This document shows positions 58,686 through 64,000 of a stretch of DNA of 64,000 bases, in pieces. Positions within the stretch are counted from its first letter, which is position 1. The number at the start of each line of letters is the position of its first letter. Position numbers and translations under genes: made by a program. Below the pieces are notes generated by a model. The model had not been told where the DNA came from, did no database searches, and saw nothing but the letters and a program-made list of their open reading frames with translations. The stretch spans positions 44,743-108,742 of the forward strand of contig NZ_DATLJI010000013.1 of assembly GCF_035539035.1 (NCBI RefSeq), read 5' to 3'. This DNA comes from Phenylobacterium sp. (GTDB lineage: Bacteria; Pseudomonadota; Alphaproteobacteria; Caulobacterales; Caulobacteraceae).

Positions 58686-59564
58686 TCACCGCGTCGGGAT
58701 CGGGTGCTCGCCGCGGTAGTCGTAGAAGCCGCGGCCTGCCTTGCGACCGAGCCAGCCGGCCTCGACGTACTTCACCAGCAGCGGGCACGGGCGGTACTTG
58801 GAGTCCGCCAGGCCCTCGTGCAGCACGTTCATGATCGACAGCACCGTGTCTAGACCGATGAAGTCGCCGAGCTCCAGCGGGCCCATCGGATGGTTGGCGC
58901 CCAGCTTCATGGCCGTGTCGATGGCCTCAACCGTGCCCACGCCCTCGTAGAGGGTGTAGATCGCCTCGTTGATCATCGGCACCAGGATCCGGTTGACGAT
59001 GAAGGCGGGGAAGTCCTCGGCGTTGGACGTGGTCTTGCCCAGCGACTGGGCGAAGGCGACGGCGGTCTCGTAGGTGTCAGGGCCGGTGGCGATGCCGCGG
59101 ATGATCTCCACGAGCTTCATCAGCGGCACCGGGTTCATGAAGTGCAGGCCGATGAACCGCTCGGGCCGGTCGGTGGCCGAGGCGAGCCGGGTGATCGAGA
59201 TGGACGAGGTGTTGGAGGCCAGGAGGGTGTCCTTGCCGAGGTGAGGCGAGAGCGCCTTGAAGATGGTCTTCTTGACCTCCTCGTCCTCGGTGGCCGCCTC
59301 GATGGCCAGGTCCGTGCCGCCGATGGTCTGCAGCTCCGGCGCGGCCTTGATGCGCTTGAGCGCCGCGTCCATCGCCTCGTGGTCGATGATGCCGCGGGCG
59401 ACCTGGCGGGTCATGTTCTTCTCGATGGCGGCCAGGCCGGCCTTGATCCGGTCCTCGCTGACGTCGTGCAGCAGGACGTCGTAACCGCCGAGCGCACAGA
59501 CGTGGGTGATGCCGGAACCCATCTGGCCCGCGCCGATGACGCCGACCGATCTGATTTGAACCAT
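58686..59564 (-). CDS. hbd: 3-hydroxybutyryl-CoA dehydrogenase
   Basis: Motifs VGVIGAGQMGSGITHVCA, NTSSISIT, HFMNPVPLMKLVE and GRKAGRGFYDY. Confidence 0.9.
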   Translation of the reverse strand: MVQIRSVGVIGAGQMGSGITHVCALGGYDVLLHDVSEDRIKAGLAAIEKNMTRQVARGIIDHEAMDAALKRIKAAPELQTIGGTDLAIEAATEDEEVKKTIFKALSPHLGKDTLLASNTSSISITRLASATDRPERFIGLHFMNPVPLMKLVEIIRGIATGPDTYETAVAFAQSLGKTTSNAEDFPAFIVNRILVPMINEAIYTLYEGVGTVEAIDTAMKLGANHPMGPLELGDFIGLDTVLSIMNVLHEGLADSKYRPCPLLVKYVEAGWLGRKAGRGFYDYRGEHPIPTR

Positions 59565-59696
59565 TGAGCTTTAAGCCTCGCAGGCGGGCGCATTCCTTCG
59601 CACCCGCGGTATGGGGCCGCTATTAACATCGCCTATTGCGGCGCAGACAAGGCCTTTGCTGCGACGCAGCGTAGCCTTCACCATACGGTGTTGCGC

Positions 59697-60635
59697 TCAC
59701 GCCCCGGCGGGCTCTTCCGTGGGTTGCATGGCCCGCACTTCGGCCAGGAGCCAGTCGCGCAGGGCGTGTATCCGGTGCAGCTTGCGGCTGCCCGGCCGCC
59801 AGACGACGTAGAAGCCCAGCTCCGAGGGCACCGCCACCTCCACCGGCCGCACCAGCCGGCCCGCGCGCAGGTCCTGCTCGATGAGGCCGCTGCGGGCCAG
59901 CGCCACGCCGAGGCCCTGGGCTGCGGCCTCCAGCAGCATCACCGAATCCTCGAACAGCATTCCCTGCTGCGGCGGGGCCTCCAGGCCGAACTGGCGGAAC
60001 CACAGATCCCAGGGCCTGTGGCTGTGGTGGAGCAGGGGCGCGTCCAGGAGGTCCTGCGGCGCGCGCCAGGCGTGGCTGGCCGCGACGCCGGGGCTGCAGA
60101 CCGGAACCAGGGTCTCGGTGAACAGGTGGGTCGCCTCCACGCCGTCCCAGCGACCGGCGCCGTAGCGCACCGCGATGTCCACCCCGTCGGTGACGAAGTT
60201 GGCTCGCCGTTCCTCCACGCGGATCTCGAGCTTCGACCCGGCCGGCGCGGCGAGCAGGCGGGGCAGGCGCGGCGGCAGCCAGCGGCTGGCGAACTGCGGG
60301 TCGAGGCTGACCACCACGGGGTCGCGCTCGGCGGCGGCGGCGAACTCGGCCACGGCGTTCTGCATCACGCCAAGCCCGCGGCCCACCTCCGCGGCGAGCC
60401 GGGCGGCCTCTGCCGTCGGGATCATGGCGTTGCCGCGCCGCTCGAAGAGGCGCGCGCCGAGTTCCTCCTCGAGGCGGCGGATCTGCTGGCTGACGGCGCC
60501 GTGGGTGACCGCCAGCTCCTGGGCTGCGCGGCTATAGCTCTGGTGCCGGGCGGCGGCTTCCAGGGCGCGCAGGGCGAAGAACGGCGGAAGGCGGACGGTC
60601 ACGGCTAAGGTTGTTAGCTCAGATAACAACCGCAC
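59697..60635 (-). CDS. LysR-family transcriptional regulator (GcvA-like)
   Basis: RLPPFFALRALEAAARHQSYSRAAQELAVTHGAVSQQIRRLEEELG. The track start (GTG at 60635) may be too long; the GTG at 60602 gives the usual N-terminus. Confidence 0.85.
   Translation of the reverse strand: MRLLSELTTLAVTVRLPPFFALRALEAAARHQSYSRAAQELAVTHGAVSQQIRRLEEELGARLFERRGNAMIPTAEAARLAAEVGRGLGVMQNAVAEFAAAAERDPVVVSLDPQFASRWLPPRLPRLLAAPAGSKLEIRVEERRANFVTDGVDIAVRYGAGRWDGVEATHLFTETLVPVCSPGVAASHAWRAPQDLLDAPLLHHSHRPWDLWFRQFGLEAPPQQGMLFEDSVMLLEAAAQGLGVALARSGLIEQDLRAGRLVRPVEVAVPSELGFYVVWRPGSRKLHRIHALRDWLLAEVRAMQPTEEPAGA
60609..60631. promoter_or_regulatory. LysR-type T-N11-A palindrome GGTTGTTA-N7-TAACAACC
   Basis: Perfect 8-bp arms (60609-60616 / 60624-60631), between the GTG at 60602 and the divergent gene at 60728. 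Confidence 0.5.
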
Positions 60636-60727
60636 GCAAAAACTATCGTTCGCGGACGCGGCCGCGGGCGACTACATCCTTCTCAACGGCGCCGCACGAA
60701 ACCACAGCCAAAACAAGGAACTAGACC

Positions 60728-61090
60728 ATGAAAGCCACGCTTGTCGTGCTGGCTGCGGCCGGCCTGCTGCTGGGCGTCGAAGGCGTCCGCGCCGCGCCCG
60801 CCAGCCTCAACCAGATCTATGTCGCCAGCGTCTCGGCTCAAGCGGACGCAAAGCTGGCCAACGCCGGCGTCGCCCTGCCGGGTCGGACCGTGAAGGTGCG
60901 CGGGACGCTCAGCGGCGACCGGCTCGTCGGTGCGCGGGTGGTGGAGTCCACCGGCGACCTCGCCGTCGACCGCGCCGTCGAGGACGCCCTGCGCCGGATG
61001 CGCACCGCGCCCATCCCGGCCGAGCTCTCCGGCCGGGACATCACCCTGACGCTCGGCGACTCCGCGATCGTCCAGGCCAAGGTTCCTTAG
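60728..61090 (+). CDS. exported protein, unknown function (weak TonB-C-terminal-like pattern)
   Basis: Signal peptide MKATLVVLAAAGLLLGVEGVRA. Divergent from the LysR gene and followed by a strong terminator. Confidence 0.5.
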   Translation: MKATLVVLAAAGLLLGVEGVRAAPASLNQIYVASVSAQADAKLANAGVALPGRTVKVRGTLSGDRLVGARVVESTGDLAVDRAVEDALRRMRTAPIPAELSGRDITLTLGDSAIVQAKVP

Positions 61091-61132
61091 CGGCCCCCCA
61101 GCGCGCGACCCCACCGCGTGCCAGGCCCAAGG

Positions 61133-61171
61133 AAAAGGGGCGGTCCCGCGCGGGACCGCCCCTGATTTTTT
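61133..61171. terminator. bidirectional intrinsic terminator between 60728..61090 and etfA
   Basis: AAAA-GGGGCGGTCCCG-cg-CGGGACCGCCCC-TGATTTTTT. Confidence 0.8.
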
Positions 61172-61191
61172 CGGCTAAGTCCGAGTTCGGC

Positions 61192-62136
61192 TTACTTGCC
61201 GACCTTCGTGAGCTCGCTCATCAGCTCCGGAACGGCGGCCTTGTAATCCGCCACCAGGCCGTAGTCCGCGACGGCGAAGATCGGGGCGTCGGGATCCTTG
61301 TTGATCGCGACGATCACCTTGGAGTCCTTCATGCCGGCGAGGTGCTGGATGGCGCCGGAGATGCCCACGGCCACGTAGAGCTCCGGGGCGACCACCTTGC
61401 CGGTCTGGCCGACCTGGTAGTCGTTGGGCGCGTAGCCCGCATCCACCGCGGCGCGGCTGGCGCCGACCGCCGCGCCGAGCTTGTCGGCGAGCGGCTCGAT
61501 GACCTTCTGGAACTCTTCCGCCGAACCCAGGGCGCGGCCGCCGGAGACCACGATCTTGGCGCCGCCCAGTTCGGGGCGGGCCGACTTCACGATCTGCTGG
61601 TCGACGAACTTGGCCTTGGCCGGCGCGGCCGGGGCCGCGATGGTCTCGACGGTGGCCGAGCCGCCTTCCGCCGCCGCCTTGAAGACGGTCGGACGGACGG
61701 TGACGACCTTCTTGGCGTCGGACGACTGGACGGTCTCCAGCGCGTTGCCGGCGTAGATGGGGCGCACGAAGGTGTTGGCGTCGACGATCTCGATGGCGTC
61801 GGAGATCTGGGCCACGTCCAGCTTCGCGGCGATGCGCGGGCTGATGTTGCGGCCCTGGGAGGTCGCCGGCGTCAGGATGGCGTCATAGTTGGCCGCGAGC
61901 GGCACGACGAGCGCCTCGAAAGCCTCGGCCAGGCCCTGGCCCAGCTCGGCGCTTTCCGCGACCAGCACCTTGCGGACGCCCTGGATGGACGCGGCGGCCT
62001 TGGCCACCTCGCCCACGCCCTGGCCGGCCACCAGGACGTCGATGTCGCCCGAGAGCTTCTGGGCGGCGGTGACGACCTTGTGGGTGTTGTCGCGCAGGGA
62101 CGCGTTGTCGTGATCGGCGATGACGAGAACGGCCAT
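61192..62136 (-). CDS. etfA: electron transfer flavoprotein subunit alpha
   Basis: Motifs [48 protein letters not shown]. Confidence 0.95.
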   Translation of the reverse strand: MAVLVIADHDNASLRDNTHKVVTAAQKLSGDIDVLVAGQGVGEVAKAAASIQGVRKVLVAESAELGQGLAEAFEALVVPLAANYDAILTPATSQGRNISPRIAAKLDVAQISDAIEIVDANTFVRPIYAGNALETVQSSDAKKVVTVRPTVFKAAAEGGSATVETIAAPAAPAKAKFVDQQIVKSARPELGGAKIVVSGGRALGSAEEFQKVIEPLADKLGAAVGASRAAVDAGYAPNDYQVGQTGKVVAPELYVAVGISGAIQHLAGMKDSKVIVAINKDPDAPIFAVADYGLVADYKAAVPELMSELTKVGK

Positions 62137-62888
62137 TAGAGCACCCCCGCTTCGTTCTTCAGCTTCATGACCAGGTCGGCGGCGGTCTCAACCTTGATGC
62201 CGCCGGCGCGCTTCGGCGGCTCGGTGACCTTCACGACCTTCAGGCGCGGCGCGATGTCGGCGCCGACCGAGGCCAGCTCCTTCACGTCGAGCGGCTTCTT
62301 CTTCGCCTTCATGATGTTCGGCAGCGAGGCGTAGCGCGGCTCGTTGAGGCGCAGGTCCGCCGTGACGATGGCGGGCAGATCGACCTCGATGGTCTGCAGG
62401 CCGCCGTCGACCTCACGGGTCACCTTGGCCTTGCCGCCGGCCACTTCCACCGCCGAGGCGAAGGTCGCCTGCGGCCAGTCGAGGATGGCGGCGAGCATCT
62501 GGCCGGTGGCCGAATTGTCGCCGTCGATGGCCTGCTTGCCCATGATCACCAGGTCCGGGTTCTCCTCGGCGATCACGGCCTTGAGCACCTTGGCCACCGC
62601 CAGCGGCTCCAGGTCCTGGTCGTTGGCGTTCACGAGGATCGCGCGGTCGGCGCCCATGGCCAGCGCCGTACGCAGGGTTTCCTGCGCCTGGGTCGGACCC
62701 ACGGAGACGGCGACCACCTCGGTGGCGACGCCCTTCTCCTTCAGGCGAACCGCTTCTTCGACGCCAATTTCGTCGAAGGGGTTCATCGACATCTTCACAT
62801 TGGCCAGGTCGACGCCGGACTGGTCCGGCTTCACCCGCGCCTTGACGTTGTAATCAATCACCCGCTTGACGGTGACCAATACCTTCAT
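62136..62888 (-). CDS. etfB: electron transfer flavoprotein subunit beta
   Basis: [19 protein letters not shown]...[17 protein letters not shown]. One-nt TAATG overlap with etfA. Confidence 0.95.
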   Translation of the reverse strand: MKVLVTVKRVIDYNVKARVKPDQSGVDLANVKMSMNPFDEIGVEEAVRLKEKGVATEVVAVSVGPTQAQETLRTALAMGADRAILVNANDQDLEPLAVAKVLKAVIAEENPDLVIMGKQAIDGDNSATGQMLAAILDWPQATFASAVEVAGGKAKVTREVDGGLQTIEVDLPAIVTADLRLNEPRYASLPNIMKAKKKPLDVKELASVGADIAPRLKVVKVTEPPKRAGGIKVETAADLVMKLKNEAGVL

Positions 62889-63044
62889 GGCCTACGCCTC
62901 AAAATTTGCATTGCGGAAAAATCGGTCGCAGGGGGCAATAACGGTTCCGGCGCACTTTGCAAACCGCCTCGACTTCGCAGGCGCCGCATTTCCGTCGGAA
63001 GGCGCCGCTAGCCAGACGCCGCGCCCGCGCTTAGAGAGCCAACG

Positions 63045-63311
63045 ATGAACCGCACCATCAACCGCCTGAAGCTGATCTTCCTGGGAGTGTTCGCCGTCCT
63101 GTCGGTCGGCGTGCTCGTCTGGCAGGTCGGCTGGGTCATGCCGATGAAGAAGTGCGAGGAGGCCCACAAGTGGTGGGACCATGGGCAGCGTGTCTGCGCC
63201 CAGCCCGTGCTGATCTCCGACATCACCGGCCGCACGATCCAGGACAAGCAGGCCGAGGCCGCCGCCCGCGCCGCCATCGGCCGTCCGCCGGCGTCCGTAC
63301 AGAATCCCTAG
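63045..63311 (+). CDS. small single-TM protein with two Cys, unknown function
   Basis: MNRTINRLKLIFLGVFAVLSVGVLVWQVGWV...CEEAHKWWDHGQRVC. No recognisable family. Confidence 0.4.
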   Translation: MNRTINRLKLIFLGVFAVLSVGVLVWQVGWVMPMKKCEEAHKWWDHGQRVCAQPVLISDITGRTIQDKQAEAAARAAIGRPPASVQNP

Positions 63312-63314
63312 GGC

Positions 63315-63884
63315 CTAGCGGGTCGCCCCGGATTTCCAGAACACCTCGGCCGCCCCGCGGTCGTTGGCGAAGCGCGCGGCCACGAACAGGAAGTCGGAGA
63401 GCCGGTTCAGGTAGCGCAGCGCCGGCCCGCTCACCGGCTCGCCGGTTTCCATCAGCCGCACGGCCTCGCGCTCCGCACGCCGGCAGACGGTGCGCGCCAG
63501 GTGCAGGGCCGCCGCCGCCGGAGTCCCGCCGGGCAGGATGAAAGACTGCAGCGGCGGCAGGACCCCGTTAAGTTCGTCGATCTCCTGCTCCAGCCTGGCC
63601 ACCTGGCTGTCGAGGATCCGCAGGGTGGCGGCCTCGTCCTCCCGCGGCGGGGTGGAGAGATCCGCGCCGAGGTCGAAGAGCTCGTTCTGGATGCGGGCAA
63701 GCATGGGATCGAGTTCGGCGGCCTGGGCCGTGTGCAGCCGGGCCAGGCCGACGCAGGCGTTGGCCTCGTCCACCGCGCCGTAGGCCTCGACGCGTGGACC
63801 GGCCTTGCTGACGGGCTCGCCAGTGGCCAGCCGGGTGCGGCCGTCGTCGCCCGTTCGGGTGTAGATCCGGTTCAGCGTGACCAT
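63315..63884 (-). CDS. ATP:cob(I)alamin adenosyltransferase, PduO/MMAB type
   Basis: Motifs IYTRTGDDGRTRL, VEAYGAVDEANA and FILPGG. Confidence 0.9.
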   Translation of the reverse strand: MVTLNRIYTRTGDDGRTRLATGEPVSKAGPRVEAYGAVDEANACVGLARLHTAQAAELDPMLARIQNELFDLGADLSTPPREDEAATLRILDSQVARLEQEIDELNGVLPPLQSFILPGGTPAAAALHLARTVCRRAEREAVRLMETGEPVSGPALRYLNRLSDFLFVAARFANDRGAAEVFWKSGATR

Positions 63885-63891
63885 TTGTCGC

Positions 63892-64000
63892 TCAATGGCT
63901 CGCGCGCCACCAAACCGCGCCCATCAGCACGGCGATGGCCACGGCCTGCATCACCACCCGCAGGCGCATCAGCTTGTTGGAGTAGGAGCGGCCGAAATCA
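63892..64000 (-). CDS. twin-TM HIG1-domain small protein, C-terminal fragment (gene continues past window end)
   Basis: Reverse translation gives ...DFGRSYSNKLMRLRVVMQAVAIAVLMGAVWWRASH*. The SNKLMR.RV.Q motif is typical of alphaproteobacterial HIG1-like proteins. Confidence 0.5.
   Translation of the reverse strand, partial: DFGRSYSNKLMRLRVVMQAVAIAVLMGAVWWRASH

Overview
This window is a very GC-rich (about 68-70%), densely packed chromosomal segment. Protein signatures (GroEL/GroES, ZauP-ZapA, RcdA, BamF-like lipoprotein) point to an alphaproteobacterium of the Caulobacterales type. I can support about 65 protein genes, nearly all housekeeping or core metabolism:

- Central carbon and cofactor metabolism: isocitrate lyase with its XRE/RamB-type regulator; tkt-purT-gap-pgk-fba; thiE; ribF-ileS-lspA.
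- Respiration and iron: cioAB-type cytochrome bd oxidase; bfd-bfr.
- Cell division, chaperones and nucleic-acid maintenance: zauP-zapA-6S RNA-5-FCL; groESL with CIRCE; mutL; tadA/rluB/rsmD.
- Fatty-acid-related genes: etfBA, hbd, an acyl-CoA dehydrogenase, MaoC and an SDR.
- Transport: one transport locus made of a TonB-dependent receptor plus two diverged GPH/MFS paralogs, next to a single-chain double TetR regulator.

I see no rRNA, tRNA, CRISPR array, transposase, integrase, prophage or defence island, and no convincing 'new system'. This reads as ordinary core genome.

The most second-look-worthy observations, all read directly from the sequence:

1. An identical bipartite motif, GTTGACG-N15-CGCACCGT, sits in front of the TonB receptor and both MFS paralogs.
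2. A 6S RNA candidate forces re-annotation of the downstream 5-FCL start.
3. A 48-codon DUF2474-like ORF is missing from the ORF track.
4. An orphan minus-strand intrinsic terminator and a coupled uORF lie upstream of a GNAT gene.
5. A ~140-bp imperfect palindrome lies in a convergent spacer.
6. Four convergent gene pairs share a CTAG double stop.

Many long ORFs in the track (up to 1052 aa) are antisense or off-frame artefacts of the high GC content and were rejected. All functional calls rest on my recognition of translated motifs, not on database searches. Start codons were adjusted by eye using SD-like sequences and are approximate.
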